Of a stretch of DNA of 64,000 nucleotides, positions 1-10,042 are shown in pieces (position 1 is the stretch's first letter; each line of letters opens with the position of its first letter). The position numbers and the translations under genes are program-made. The notes under the pieces were generated by a model. The model made no database searches, had not been told where the DNA came from, and was given only the letters and a program-made list of their open reading frames with translations. The DNA is from Parasutterella excrementihominis. Lineage in GTDB: Bacteria; Bacillota; Clostridia; Christensenellales; Borkfalkiaceae. The stretch spans positions 1,836-65,835 of the forward strand of contig CAVJMJ010000010.1 in NCBI GenBank assembly GCA_963650915.1, given 5' to 3'.

Positions 1-1252
1 CTTGTTCTACGGCGTCTTCGGGAGTGAATACGATTTTACCCGTTGCCGCGCCCGGGGAAGCCGCTATACCCTTGCCGACGATATTGTTTTCCGCTTCCTT
101 TAACGCTTTTGCGTCGAATTGAGGATGTAACAACATGTCGAGCGATTTGGCGTCGATTTGCATTAAGGCTTCCTGTTCGGTAATCATACCTTCGTCGATA
201 AGTTCGCAAGCGATTCTTATAGCGGCGGCTGCCGTACGTTTGCCGTTACGGGTTTGAAGCATGAAAAGTTTACCGCGTTCGATGGTAAACTCCATATCCT
301 GCATGTCTTTATAATGTTCCTCTAAGGTCTTGCAAATGCCGAGGAATTGTTGATAAACTTCGGGTAAAACTTCCGCCATTTGGGAAATCGGCATCGGTGT
401 TCTTACGCCCGCAACGACGTCTTCGCCTTGCGCGTTCATTAAGAATTCGCCCATCAAACCCTTTTCGCCTGTAGCGGGGTTACGGGTAAAGGCAACGCCG
501 GTACCGCAATCGTTACCCATGTTGCCGAATACCATTTCTTGTACGTTAACCGCGGTACCCCAGCTGTAAGGAATATCGTGATCCATTCTGTATACGTTGG
601 CACGGGGGTTGTCCCAACTTCTGAATACCGCTTTGATTGCTTCGAAAAGTTGTTCCTTAGGATCGGTCGGGAAATCTTTGCCGAGTGCCTGTTTATATTT
701 CGCTTTGAATTCTTCTGCAAGTTCGTGAAGATCTTCAGCCGTCAAATCGACGTCGAAAGTTACGCCCTTTTGTTCCTTCATCTTGTCGATTAAAGATTCG
801 AATTCCTTTTTGGAAACTTCCATAACGACGTCGGAGAACATTTGGATAAATCTTCTGTAACAGTCCCACGCCCATCTGGGGTTGCCCGATTTTTCGGCTA
901 AAACGCTTACTACTTCTTCGTTTAAACCGAGGTTTAAAATGGTGTCCATCATGCCCGGCATGGATGCCCTTGCACCCGAACGAACGGAAACGAGTAAAGG
1001 ATTTTCGGTATCGCCGAACTTTTTGCCGGTAATGGCTTCGAGTTTTTCGATGTTTGCCATGATTTCTTCACGGATGCCGTCGTTAATCATTCTGCCGTCT
1101 TCGTAGTACTTGGTACATGCTTCGGTAGAAATGGTAAAACCTTGCGGTACGGGTAAACCGATGTGTGTCATTTCGGCAAGGTTCGCGCCCTTACCGCCCA
1201 AAAGCTCACGCATGTTGGCGTTGCCTTCGCTAAATAAGTAAACGTATTTCAT
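1..1252 (-). CDS. ppdK: pyruvate, phosphate dikinase, N-terminal ~417 aa (C-terminus lies beyond the window edge)
   Basis: The reverse frame is open from the window edge to the ATG at 1250-1252. My translation starts MKYVYLFSEGNANMRELLGGKGANLAEMTHIGLPVPQGFTISTEAC and continues through MNAQGEDVVAGVRTP, the conserved PPDK N-terminus. It is absent from the ORF track because there is no stop inside the window. Confidence 0.85.
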   Translation of the reverse strand, partial: MKYVYLFSEGNANMRELLGGKGANLAEMTHIGLPVPQGFTISTEACTKYYEDGRMINDGIREEIMANIEKLEAITGKKFGDTENPLLVSVRSGARASMPGMMDTILNLGLNEEVVSVLAEKSGNPRWAWDCYRRFIQMFSDVVMEVSKKEFESLIDKMKEQKGVTFDVDLTAEDLHELAEEFKAKYKQALGKDFPTDPKEQLFEAIKAVFRSWDNPRANVYRMDHDIPYSWGTAVNVQEMVFGNMGNDCGTGVAFTRNPATGEKGLMGEFLMNAQGEDVVAGVRTPMPISQMAEVLPEVYQQFLGICKTLEEHYKDMQDMEFTIERGKLFMLQTRNGKRTAAAAIRIACELIDEGMITEQEALMQIDAKSLDMLLHPQFDAKALKEAENNIVGKGIAASPGAATGKIVFTPEDAVEQ

Positions 1253-1659
1253 AATTAACTCCTTGATAATTATATTTTTTATGATGTTTATATTGTTTTT
1301 TTATTTTTTTCTGTCGTTTTGTTTCGATTTATTGTATCGATTTATTGTATCGATTTGTTTGTTTCAATTTATTGTGTCGAGGTTGATGTCGTAAACGCCG
1401 TTTTTCGTTTTGATTCGTTTTGAGTTTTTGACACTTTGTCTTTTGAGTTTTCTGTCGTTTTTGCTTAAAAACCTTTCAATCGGTAAGTAAAAAACGTAAA
1501 AACGACCCTTAACCATAGTATTATAAACGAAAAATTGGTCTAAGTCAATGTTTTTAGCAAAAAATGCTTATTTACATGGTAAAAAATGCTAATTTACCCG
1601 GCAAAAACTTATCGTAAGGACGATAAAACCGCAAACGCATTGAAAAAACAGGTCTGTCT

Positions 1660-2784
1660 TTAAGGTTTTACAGGCTTGCCTAAGTTGGCGTAAAAGGTAC
1701 ATTCTATTCTTCCGTTATATAATTTGCGTTTTTTGTCGGCACGCTGACCGAAAAGCCTTTCAAAGTCTGAAACCGACGTTATCGTGTAAAAACACCAATC
1801 GGGGTTTGCTTTTCTCACCTTCCCGTAAGAACGGTAAAGTTTTTCTATCATCGGTCTTTCGTCGAGGCGTTCTCCGTAAGGCGGATTGGCAAAAGCGACC
1901 CCTCGCTTTTCGCTCGACAAAAAATTTTCCATAGACTGGTTTCTAAACTCTATAACGTCGTCGACGCCCGCTTGTTTTGCGTGAATTTTAGCAAGTTTAA
2001 GTTGCTTTTCGTCAATGTCGTAAGCAAGTATTTTACGAACGGAATCGTTAGATATCCGACCTATAGCCTCACTTTTTACGCTATCGTAAATTTTGCGGTC
2101 GTAATTTTTGAAGTTTAAAAAATCAAACTTTCTGTCAATCCCCGGGGCAATGTTTTTTTCCTTTCTTGCCGCTTCTATCGCAATGGTTCCGGTACCGGTA
2201 AATAAATCGCACATGGGTCTATCGGGGTTCCACACAGAAAGTTCCAACATCGCACTTGCCAAATTTTCCTTAATTTGGGCTTCTCCGTAAACGTTTCTGT
2301 AACCTCTGCGATGCAAACTTTCGCCCGATGCGTTGAGTAAAATCGAGCAAAAATCTCTCGTTATTGCGACTTCGACGTCGAACCTATCGCCGTTTTCGGG
2401 CAAAAATTCTCTTTTGTATCTTCTTTTAAGCCTTTCGCAAATTGCCTTTTTAACTATTGACTGCGTTGCCGAAAATGCACCGATTTTTGATTGCACGAGT
2501 TTGGGTTTTACGATAACGGCGCACGATTCGGGCAGGTAATTTTCCCATTCGATTGCGTAAACGTTATCGAAAAGGGTGTCAAAGTCGGTACATTTAAATT
2601 CGGATAACACCACGAACACTCTGCTTGCCGTCGACAAATAGACGTTGCACTTCGTTAAAAGTTCGTAGTCGCCTTCAAAAGTCATTCTGCCGTTTATGGC
2701 GGGGGCTTTTTCCACGCCTAAACTAAAAAGTTCTCTTTTTGTTGCCGCTTCTACGCCCGAAGCGCTCGACACCGATATTTTCAT
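1660..2784 (-). CDS. THUMP-domain class I SAM-dependent RNA methyltransferase (YpsC/RlmL-like)
   Basis: 374-aa ORF. It has an N-terminal THUMP-like region and a methyltransferase core (DLFTGTGTIAIEAA) with an NPPYG catalytic motif (FANPPYGERL). Confidence 0.75.
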   Translation of the reverse strand: MKISVSSASGVEAATKRELFSLGVEKAPAINGRMTFEGDYELLTKCNVYLSTASRVFVVLSEFKCTDFDTLFDNVYAIEWENYLPESCAVIVKPKLVQSKIGAFSATQSIVKKAICERLKRRYKREFLPENGDRFDVEVAITRDFCSILLNASGESLHRRGYRNVYGEAQIKENLASAMLELSVWNPDRPMCDLFTGTGTIAIEAARKEKNIAPGIDRKFDFLNFKNYDRKIYDSVKSEAIGRISNDSVRKILAYDIDEKQLKLAKIHAKQAGVDDVIEFRNQSMENFLSSEKRGVAFANPPYGERLDERPMIEKLYRSYGKVRKANPDWCFYTITSVSDFERLFGQRADKKRKLYNGRIECTFYANLGKPVKP

Positions 2785-3143
2785 TAAAATGCGTCCTCGA
2801 TATGGTTTATTTCGTCGGGATATACTTCTATAACGTCGAAACGTGGTTGATAATTTAAATCAAGGTGGGAGGTAAGATAAAGCCTTGCCGCCCGTCTATA
2901 CCGCTCCTGCTTATACAAATCTACTGCTTCCATAGCCTCGCCGTAGTGTTTGTTAGTTCTCGTTTTTACCTCGATAAAAACCAAAAAGTCCCCGTATAAG
3001 CCGATTAAATCGATTTCTCCGAAATTTGTAGAGTAGTTTTTATCGATGATTTTATATCCCTTTTTCTTTAAATAGCGAAGAGCCTTTTTTTCGCCTAAAC
3101 TTCCCAGAAGTTTTTTATAAAGGTTTTTCTGTGTATCGGGCAT
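2784..3143 (-). CDS. YraN family (UPF0102) endonuclease-like protein
   Basis: 119-aa ORF with a GEIDLIG...FIEVKTR motif typical of YraN. It sits directly downstream of rnhB, as in many Bacillota. Confidence 0.75.
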   Translation of the reverse strand: MPDTQKNLYKKLLGSLGEKKALRYLKKKGYKIIDKNYSTNFGEIDLIGLYGDFLVFIEVKTRTNKHYGEAMEAVDLYKQERYRRAARLYLTSHLDLNYQPRFDVIEVYPDEINHIEDAF

Positions 3144-3733
3144 GGTCCGACCGTCCTTATTGCGTTAATATGTTCTTTCGTGCCGTATCCCTTGTTCTTT
3201 TTAAATCCGTATTCGGGATACATTTCGTCGTATTCGTCCATAAGGGCGTCACGATAAACTTTTGCGATTATGGAAGCCGCCCCTATAACGTAACTTTTTG
3301 CGTCGCCTTTTATTATGGAACGGGTTTCGACTTCTACGTCCAAATTGACGGCGTCTACCAAAACGCAATCGGGTTTTATAGGCAAACCTTCGATGGCGTT
3401 TTTCATGCAAAGTTTGGTGGCGTTCAAAATATTTATTTCGTCTATCGTTTTTTCGTCAACCGAACAAATATTGTAGGCAATTGCCTTGTTTTTAATGGCT
3501 TCAGCCAATATTTTACGATTTTTTTCTGAAACTTTTTTACTGTCGTCGACGCCCAAAATCAAATCGTCGTCGTCAAGAGGCATAATTACGGCTGCGCAAA
3601 CGACGGGACCGCACAACGGACCTCTCCCGACTTCGTCTATGCCCGCAATATATTTTTTGCCTTCCGCCAAAAGTTGATATTCGTAAGTCAGTTTTTTCTT
3701 TTCAGATTCTATATCGGGGAATTTTCTAAACAT
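3095..3733 (-). CDS. rnhB: ribonuclease HII
   Basis: 212-aa ORF with IAGIDEVGRGPLCGPVV and DDSKK motifs. It follows ylqF in the canonical order. Confidence 0.9.
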   Translation of the reverse strand: MFRKFPDIESEKKKLTYEYQLLAEGKKYIAGIDEVGRGPLCGPVVCAAVIMPLDDDDLILGVDDSKKVSEKNRKILAEAIKNKAIAYNICSVDEKTIDEINILNATKLCMKNAIEGLPIKPDCVLVDAVNLDVEVETRSIIKGDAKSYVIGAASIIAKVYRDALMDEYDEMYPEYGFKKNKGYGTKEHINAIRTVGPCPIHRKTFIKNFWEV

Positions 3734-4560
3734 ATTTTACCGAGTCTTCCTTTTCTAAAATCGTCGAAAACGGCTTTGGAGCATCTTTCATAATCGTAAT
3801 CGCCTCCGCGTACCAAAAAACCGCGCGCCTTGCAAATGCCTTCGTAAATTTCAAGCGGGCCGAGCCCTTCGTCTACGCCGTATTTTAAGTTTAAAGCACC
3901 GCCGTGATTTTTAACGAGTTCTTTAATAAATTCAAGGCACAAGCCTTCTAAATCCAAAATATTGTCGTTAATGCTACCGACGTATGCAAGATGCCTTGCG
4001 TAAACTTGATTTTCCATAGACGGAGGCATCGTTCCCGGAGTATCGAGTAGTTCGATGTCGTAAAGTTTTACCCACTGTTTGCCTTTGGTGACGCCCGCCT
4101 TGTCGCCCGTTTGCGCCTGACGCTTTCCGCTAAGCGAATTTATTATGGTGGACTTCCCTGTATTTGGGATTCCGCATACCATAACCCGCACGACTTTGGT
4201 TATTCCTTTAAGTTTTTTAGCATCTATTTTTTCACGCAATAACTCGATAACGGTACTATAGACGGACTTTCCGTCTTTTAAATTGGTACCGACGGTAGAA
4301 ATAACGTTTTCGCCGTTTGACTTAAAGCATTTTATAATTTTGTCTAAATCGCTTCTTTCTATTAAATCGGCTTTGTTGATTACGTATAAAATCGGCTTGT
4401 TTTTGCAAAGATCGTTAAGTTTTTTGTTAATGCACGCAAAAGGTGCGCGCGCATCGAGAACGTATATGACGGCGTCGCATAACTTAACGTTTTCTTCCAT
4501 CATCCTAAGGGCTTTCGTCATATGCCCCGGGAACCAATTTATCTTATTCGTAGTTTCCAT
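3709..4560 (-). CDS. rbgA: ribosome biogenesis GTPase A (YlqF/RbgA), circularly permuted GTPase
   Basis: 283-aa ORF. It has WFPGHM at the N-terminus, NKADL (G4) preceding GIPNTGKST (G1), and DTPG. Confidence 0.9.
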   Translation of the reverse strand: METTNKINWFPGHMTKALRMMEENVKLCDAVIYVLDARAPFACINKKLNDLCKNKPILYVINKADLIERSDLDKIIKCFKSNGENVISTVGTNLKDGKSVYSTVIELLREKIDAKKLKGITKVVRVMVCGIPNTGKSTIINSLSGKRQAQTGDKAGVTKGKQWVKLYDIELLDTPGTMPPSMENQVYARHLAYVGSINDNILDLEGLCLEFIKELVKNHGGALNLKYGVDEGLGPLEIYEGICKARGFLVRGGDYDYERCSKAVFDDFRKGRLGKICLENSPI

Positions 4561-4646
4561 AGTGACTATTAAAATACAAAAAAGTGCGTCTATAAGCCCG
4601 TTAACGGCAATTTTTACTAATTTGGTCTTCCTTTTATTTTACTAAC

Positions 4647-5318
4647 TTAGTCTTTCTTTAAAAGGTCGGGGCGCATCTTTTTTGTAAGCTCCAACGATTT
4701 TTCATAACGCCATTTATCCACCTTTGCGTGGTCGCCCGAAACTATTACTTCCGGGACTTTCAACCCGCGATAAACTTGCGGGCGGGTGTACTGCGGATAC
4801 TCGACCAAATCGTCGGTAAAAGTTTCGTTTTTAAGCGATTCTTTTGAAATAACCCCATCGACGTATCTGCAAACGGCGTCGGTTATTACCATTGCGGGGA
4901 GTTCACCGCCCGTCAAAACGTAATCGCCTATCGACATTTCCTCGTCGATAAACAAATCGATTATTCGTTGATCGACGCCCTCGTAATGACCGCACAAAAA
5001 AAGCAATCTGTCGTAATTTAAAAGGTTTTTAACCTCTTTTTGGCAAAAGGTTTTACCTTTGGGGGACATGTAAATACGCCGTGCCTCGTGGTTCGGGTCG
5101 ACACCTTCTATGGCGTTACCGACGGGTTCGGGCATCAAAACCATACCCGCACCGCCTCCGAAAGTGTAATCGTCGCAACGTTTGTGCTTATCGACGGAAT
5201 ACTCTCGTATGTCGGTAATGACTATTTCTACTTTACCGCTTTTTATAGCCCTACCGATAATGCTTTCCTTAAGCGGAGCGAACATTTCAGGGAAAAGAGT
5301 TAAAATATCTATTCTCAT
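4647..5318 (-). CDS. trmD: tRNA (guanine37-N1)-methyltransferase
   Basis: The track ORF 4647-5423 has a basic, non-homologous N-terminal extension. The conserved start MRIDILTLFPEMF maps to the ATG at 5316-5318, which overlaps the rimM stop as TAATG. Confidence 0.9.
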   Translation of the reverse strand: MRIDILTLFPEMFAPLKESIIGRAIKSGKVEIVITDIREYSVDKHKRCDDYTFGGGAGMVLMPEPVGNAIEGVDPNHEARRIYMSPKGKTFCQKEVKNLLNYDRLLFLCGHYEGVDQRIIDLFIDEEMSIGDYVLTGGELPAMVITDAVCRYVDGVISKESLKNETFTDDLVEYPQYTRPQVYRGLKVPEVIVSGDHAKVDKWRYEKSLELTKKMRPDLLKKD

Positions 5319-5812
5319 TATTGGTACAGACAAACCTCCGTAAAGGATTTTGCGTCGACGGTAATCTTTTTTTCGTCGACGTCGATAACGGCGTTCAATT
5401 TTTTTAAAAAGGGAAAATAACAATCGCCCTCGACTGTTTCGACTTTAAAAATATCGACGTTAGAAGACGTTATGTCAACTATTTTACCGATAAGTTTTCC
5501 GCTTGACAAATAAAGCTCGCACCCTAAAATATCCTCGATAAAATAGCGACCTTCTTCGACTTCGAGTTCGTCTTTTTCGCAGTAAACGTTTTTACCGCGC
5601 AAACTCTCGGCGGCGTTTCTGTCGGCAATACCCCTAAGGTTGAGATAAATTGCCCCGCCCGCAGATTTTTTGGATAAAACGAGGTAGGTTTCGTCGCTTA
5701 TCGTAACCGTTTTTATCCTCTCGATGGCGTCGTAGCCGTCGGTTAAGTCGCTTATTTTAATTTGTCCAGTAATGCCTTGCGGTTTTAAAACACTGCCGAT
5801 TAGAATTTTCAT
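5318..5812 (-). CDS. rimM: 16S rRNA processing protein RimM
   Basis: 164-aa ORF located between the KH protein gene and trmD. Size and PRC-barrel-like C-terminus fit RimM. Confidence 0.8.
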   Translation of the reverse strand: MKILIGSVLKPQGITGQIKISDLTDGYDAIERIKTVTISDETYLVLSKKSAGGAIYLNLRGIADRNAAESLRGKNVYCEKDELEVEEGRYFIEDILGCELYLSSGKLIGKIVDITSSNVDIFKVETVEGDCYFPFLKKLNAVIDVDEKKITVDAKSFTEVCLYQ

Positions 5813-5860
5813 GCTATTTTCCTTACTGCAAATTACCGAAAAAAAGAAAAAGAGGGTAAA

Positions 5861-6103
5861 CTAAGCCCCTGCTTTTTCTGAAATTTCGATATTGTACTTC
5901 TTACCGGACTTAGCCGATGCAGATTTAACCAAAGTTCTTAATGCCTTTGCTATTTTACCCTGTCTGCCGATAACTTTGCCCATATCGTCCGGGAGGAGTA
6001 AGACGTTTACGTTTACGACATTGCCTTTTTCTTCAACGTTAAACTCGACTTCGTCCTTATGTTCGGCAAACTGCAATACTACGTACTTAATAAGGTCTAA
6101 CAT
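5861..6103 (-). CDS. KH domain RNA-binding protein (YlqC family)
   Basis: 80-aa ORF with a VIGRQGKIAKALRTL KH motif. It occupies the conserved position after rpsP. Confidence 0.8.
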   Translation of the reverse strand: MLDLIKYVVLQFAEHKDEVEFNVEEKGNVVNVNVLLLPDDMGKVIGRQGKIAKALRTLVKSASAKSGKKYNIEISEKAGA

Positions 6104-6113
6104 ACTTCACCTA

Positions 6114-6410
6114 TTAACCCTTTTTCTTCTTGGGATTCGTTTTTGCAGGTGACAATTTGTTGCTCTTTTCGATAACGCCCGCATTTACGAGTAAAGACTT
6201 AACCGTTTCGGTAGGTTGAACGCCCTTGGAAAGCCAATCTTTAGCCTTTTCTGCGTCGATAACTACTTCGGCGGGTTTAGAAACGGGATTGTAATGACCG
6301 ATTTTGTCGATGTACTTACCGTCTCTTGCAACTCTGCTGTCAACGACTACGATACGATAGAAAGGTGATTTCTTGTCGCCCATTCTCGTCAATCTCATTT
6401 TTACTGCCAT
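6114..6410 (-). CDS. rpsP: 30S ribosomal protein S16
   Basis: The conserved start [22 protein letters not shown] maps to the ATG at 6408-6410, with GGAGG 11-15 nt upstream. The longer track ORF start at 6470 is rejected. Confidence 0.9.
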   Translation of the reverse strand: MAVKMRLTRMGDKKSPFYRIVVVDSRVARDGKYIDKIGHYNPVSKPAEVVIDAEKAKDWLSKGVQPTETVKSLLVNAGVIEKSNKLSPAKTNPKKKKG

Positions 6411-6513
6411 AATATTTTTACCTCCGTATATAATACAAAAATTAGTTTTTAAATTAAGATTTTTAATCAAATTTGTCTCAAATGTCGGGCTATAAGCCCG
6501 TTATCGCACTTTT

Positions 6514-7839
6514 TTAGAACTTGAAGGGTAACTTTCCTTTTCCGTTCTTCATCTGCTTTATCATAAGTTTTACTTGTTCGTATTGCTTTAAAAGATTGTT
6601 TATTTGTTGTAGCGAAGTTCCGCTTCCTTTTGCGATGCGCATCTTCCTCGAATAGTTGAGGATTTGCGGATTGCGTCTTTCTTTTAAAGTCATCGACTGA
6701 ATTATCGCCTTGGTACGGTAAATTTCCTTCTCGTCGATATCGCCCTCGTTAACCTTTAACTTACCCATGCCGGGCATCATGGACATAACCGCACTTGCAC
6801 CGCCCATTTTTTTGAGCATATCAATTTGGTCGAGATAGTCGTTTAAGTCGAAATTGTTTTCTTTTAACTTCTTTTCGAGTTTTTTTGCATCCTCTTCCTT
6901 TATGGCTTCCTGCGCCTTCTCGATAAGGGTTAAAACGTCACCCATGCCGAGAATTCTGTTTGCCATACGGTCGGGATAGAAAGGTTCGATGTCGGTAAGT
7001 TTTTCGCCTACACCGCAAAACTTAATGGGTTTCCCGGTAACGGCTTTAACCGACAGACACGCACCGCCCCTCGTGTCGCCGTCGAGCTTCGTCAAGACGA
7101 CGCCTGTTATGGGGAGCCTTTCCGAAAAGCCTTTGGCAACGTTTACGGCAACCTGCCCCGTCATGGAATCGACTACGAGTAAAATTTCAGTCGGGCTTAT
7201 GGCGGTGTTGATGTCTTCGAGTTCCGTCATAAGTCTGTCGTCGATTTCCAATCTTCCCGCAGTATCGACGATTACGGTATCATAGCCGTACTGTTTGGCG
7301 TACTCGACTGCCTCTTTTGAAATTTTAACGGGGTCACCCTGTCCTTTTTCAAAAACGGGAACGCCTGCCTTTTCGCCGACAACCGAAAGTTGTTTGATTG
7401 CAGCCGGTCTGTAAACGTCGCAAGCGACTAAAAGTGGTTTTTTGCCCTGCTTTTTAAGTAAAAGCGCAAGCTTTCCGCAAAGAGTGGTTTTGCCGGCACC
7501 TTGAAGCCCGCACATCATTATAATCGTAGGGGGCTTGGGGGAAACCTCGAGTTTTTGGTTTTGCCCGCCCATTAAAGCGATAAGTTCGTCGTTTACGATT
7601 TTAATAACTTGCTGGGTGGGGTTAAGGCTTTTTAAAATATCCTGCCCTACCGCCTTTTCGGAAACGGAAGCGATAAAATCCTTTGCGACTTTTAAGTTGA
7701 CGTCTGCCTCTAAAAGCGCGACGCGGATTTCACGCATTGCCTGCTTTATTTCAAGCTCGGTAAGTTTTCCTCTTTTAGTAAGCTTTGAAAAAACGTGATT
7801 TAATTTTTCGCCAAGTGAAGAAAACGACGCCATTTTCAA
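6514..7839 (-). CDS. ffh: signal recognition particle protein Ffh
   Basis: 441-aa ORF with an NG domain (GLQGAGKTT, DTAGR, TKLDGD) and a methionine-rich M domain. Confidence 0.95.
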   Translation of the reverse strand: MKMASFSSLGEKLNHVFSKLTKRGKLTELEIKQAMREIRVALLEADVNLKVAKDFIASVSEKAVGQDILKSLNPTQQVIKIVNDELIALMGGQNQKLEVSPKPPTIIMMCGLQGAGKTTLCGKLALLLKKQGKKPLLVACDVYRPAAIKQLSVVGEKAGVPVFEKGQGDPVKISKEAVEYAKQYGYDTVIVDTAGRLEIDDRLMTELEDINTAISPTEILLVVDSMTGQVAVNVAKGFSERLPITGVVLTKLDGDTRGGACLSVKAVTGKPIKFCGVGEKLTDIEPFYPDRMANRILGMGDVLTLIEKAQEAIKEEDAKKLEKKLKENNFDLNDYLDQIDMLKKMGGASAVMSMMPGMGKLKVNEGDIDEKEIYRTKAIIQSMTLKERRNPQILNYSRKMRIAKGSGTSLQQINNLLKQYEQVKLMIKQMKNGKGKLPFKF

Positions 7840-7846
7840 AACTCCT

Positions 7847-8125
7847 TTATTCTTTGTTTTTGCCCTCTTTAAGCGACTCGATAATCTCTTCTGTTTTTAT
7901 GCGATACGCCATAAACCCGACTCTTTTTTCAAAATCGTCAAGTTCGGATTTTATAGTTTTTATAGCGTCGAGAACGCTTTGGCGGGTACAGTTTTTGATT
8001 TCCGCGATTTCGGATAAGGATAAATCGCAAGAAAAGTACATATCCGCGATTTCCGCCTTGTTAGAAGTCAACAGCCCCTTGTATAAATCGAGGAGGGAGC
8101 AATACTTCATTTCTTCAAACTTCAT
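7847..8125 (-). CDS. ylxM: YlxM/UPF0122 putative DNA-binding protein
   Basis: Small HTH-like ORF immediately upstream of ffh. The start is chosen at MKFEEMKY (ATG 8123-8125), and 8110 is also possible. Confidence 0.7.
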   Translation of the reverse strand: MKFEEMKYCSLLDLYKGLLTSNKAEIADMYFSCDLSLSEIAEIKNCTRQSVLDAIKTIKSELDDFEKRVGFMAYRIKTEEIIESLKEGKNKE

Positions 8126-8492
8126 AACCCACCGCCGAAAAAAAGGTGTAAGGCAATTTAACCTTACACCGATATTATACACTATTATTTGACTTTGTCA
8201 AGCATTTTTGCCTTACAAACGATTATTTAGATAAAAATTTATCCGATTAAATTTGTCGTAACGATTTTCAACTACTTTTTTGCTCGTGTTATAAACGGGT
8301 TCTTCGTCAAAAAAACGTTCGAGCGGTCGGCTGTTTTTTGAGCGTTTACCGTTTAAAAAACTGTTTTTAAGCGGTTTATAATCGCTTTTGCTTTTATAAT
8401 CGCTTTTGCTTTTATAATCGTTTGGGCGGTTGGGTGTTTTGTCGAGTATTTTGTCGAGCGTTTTTTATTTACGCTTTTACTCTTTTACGCTT

Positions 8493-9188
8493 TTACTCTT
8501 TTATAAAAATCAGTCTTCTGCAATTTTCGCATTCGATGATTTTTTCGTTTTTGAGCCGACTTAATTCCAGTTGCGAAAGTTCTGTTCCGCAAGCCGTGCA
8601 GTGCTTGTCTTTAAGTTCGTAAACTATCGGGAACTTCGGGTCCTTGCGCTTCTCCTTATATTTATCCATGTATTCCTTGGGAATATCCTTTTCGATTACC
8701 GCAAGTTTTTTCTTAATGGCAAGTTTCTCGGCTTCTTTTTCTTTGGCAAGTTCTTCGTACTTCTTCTTGTATTCGTCTTGCTGGTCGAGCATGAGTTTTG
8801 TTCCCGCCATAAGTTTTTTGTAAGAAGTAGCAAGTTCGGTCATTTCTTTGGAAAGTTTTTCTATTTTTTGTTCCAATGCCGTATACTTTGAAGCGAGTTC
8901 CTGCGATTTTTTCTTTAAAAACGCTATAGTCGATTCGTCTTCGACGTCGGAAATCGTCGAAAACTCGTTTTTGTCTTCGTCGAGTTTAGATATTTCCTCT
9001 TGTAAGGCGTTGAAGTTAGACAGTAGCGACGACGCTTTGGATTCGATTTGAGCCTTGCTTTCCGAAACGGTTTTTAAAAACTTAACCGCTTGAGCGTACT
9101 TTTTGAATTCTTCGCTCTTTTTAAGTTCGTTTTCGATGTTTTTGAGTTCTGCGTCGATTGTCTGATATTCCATTAATTTTTCTATCAT
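8493..9188 (-). CDS. coiled-coil protein with C-terminal C4 zinc ribbon (COG1579-like)
   Basis: 231-aa ORF, heptad-rich, ending in CTACGTE...CENCRRL. This family usually sits next to nif3, as it does here. Confidence 0.6.
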   Translation of the reverse strand: MIEKLMEYQTIDAELKNIENELKKSEEFKKYAQAVKFLKTVSESKAQIESKASSLLSNFNALQEEISKLDEDKNEFSTISDVEDESTIAFLKKKSQELASKYTALEQKIEKLSKEMTELATSYKKLMAGTKLMLDQQDEYKKKYEELAKEKEAEKLAIKKKLAVIEKDIPKEYMDKYKEKRKDPKFPIVYELKDKHCTACGTELSQLELSRLKNEKIIECENCRRLIFIKE

Positions 9189-9271
9189 AAATTCTCCTTT
9201 AGTCTTTTCGATGTCAATAAGATTTTTTATCGGGTGTAATGTGCCTGCGATATAGCAGATACGTCAAGCCG

Positions 9272-10042
9272 TTAAACAAATCTGTCGTCGTCGAAAAAGC
9301 TGAAATCAAGTTTATTTTTTAATCTGTATATGCTTGAGAAATGTTTGCAAATATTCCTCATTCCGTAATTTTCGCTTGCAAAATGCGTCATGGAAATTAC
9401 GCGTTTGCCGTTTTTGACGGCTTCAACCAAAACGTGATGGGGTATGTCTGCCGAAATGTATACGTCGGCGGGATAATTAAGGGTGTCTACGTCAAGCCCC
9501 GCACCGCAAAAACTTGCAGCCTCTTTTATGTATGCCGTCTTGTCGCCGTAAACGTTTACCCTCGTCGAAAACTCTCTTTCGATGTTTTCGGCAAGTTCTT
9601 CTAACGACCTGTTTACGGGATAACGACGACCGTAACCCGTACCCGTCAATAACGGGTCGAGAATTTCTATCTCTTTATCGTCCGCACCGCTTATGCCCTT
9701 TGCCAAGAAGTAATCGACGCCCTTTTCGGCTACGTCGAAGTTAAGGTGGCAGGAAATTACACCTATCCCCGCAGACGCCGCTTTTAGCAATACGCCGTCA
9801 ATCTTTTTTATGCCGTAAAATATCGCGGGATGGTGGGTAACGATTAGCCCCGCCTTCATCCATTGGGCGTATTCGATGGTCTTGTCGGTAAGGTCGAGCG
9901 AAAACACTACGTTGGTAATATCGGCTTCCGTATCGACGATTATACCGCTGTTATCGGTAAAATGACACTTTTTTTCGTACATCGGGGATAATTCGAAGGG
10001 GGCGAATCTATCTATAAGTTCATAAATTTCTTTTAATTTCAT
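9272..10042 (-). CDS. Nif3-like dinuclear metal centre protein (YqfO family)
   Basis: 256-aa ORF with a VTHHP motif. It occupies the canonical position after trmK in the dnaG-sigA operon. Confidence 0.8.
   Translation of the reverse strand: MKLKEIYELIDRFAPFELSPMYEKKCHFTDNSGIIVDTEADITNVVFSLDLTDKTIEYAQWMKAGLIVTHHPAIFYGIKKIDGVLLKAASAGIGVISCHLNFDVAEKGVDYFLAKGISGADDKEIEILDPLLTGTGYGRRYPVNRSLEELAENIEREFSTRVNVYGDKTAYIKEAASFCGAGLDVDTLNYPADVYISADIPHHVLVEAVKNGKRVISMTHFASENYGMRNICKHFSSIYRLKNKLDFSFFDDDRFV

Noticed and set aside
5319-5423. N-terminal extensions of track ORFs for trmD (to 5423), rpsP (to 6470), ylxM (to 8182), dnaG (to 13629), bioY (from 13871), the OYE reductase (to 57949), the HMA gene (to 58678), the XRE-TM gene (to 62276) and the giant gene (to 47847).
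   Set aside because: The extensions are basic or low-complexity, overlap upstream genes or repeats, and lack homology. The internal ATGs coincide with conserved protein N-termini and, in most cases, with good Shine-Dalgarno sequences.
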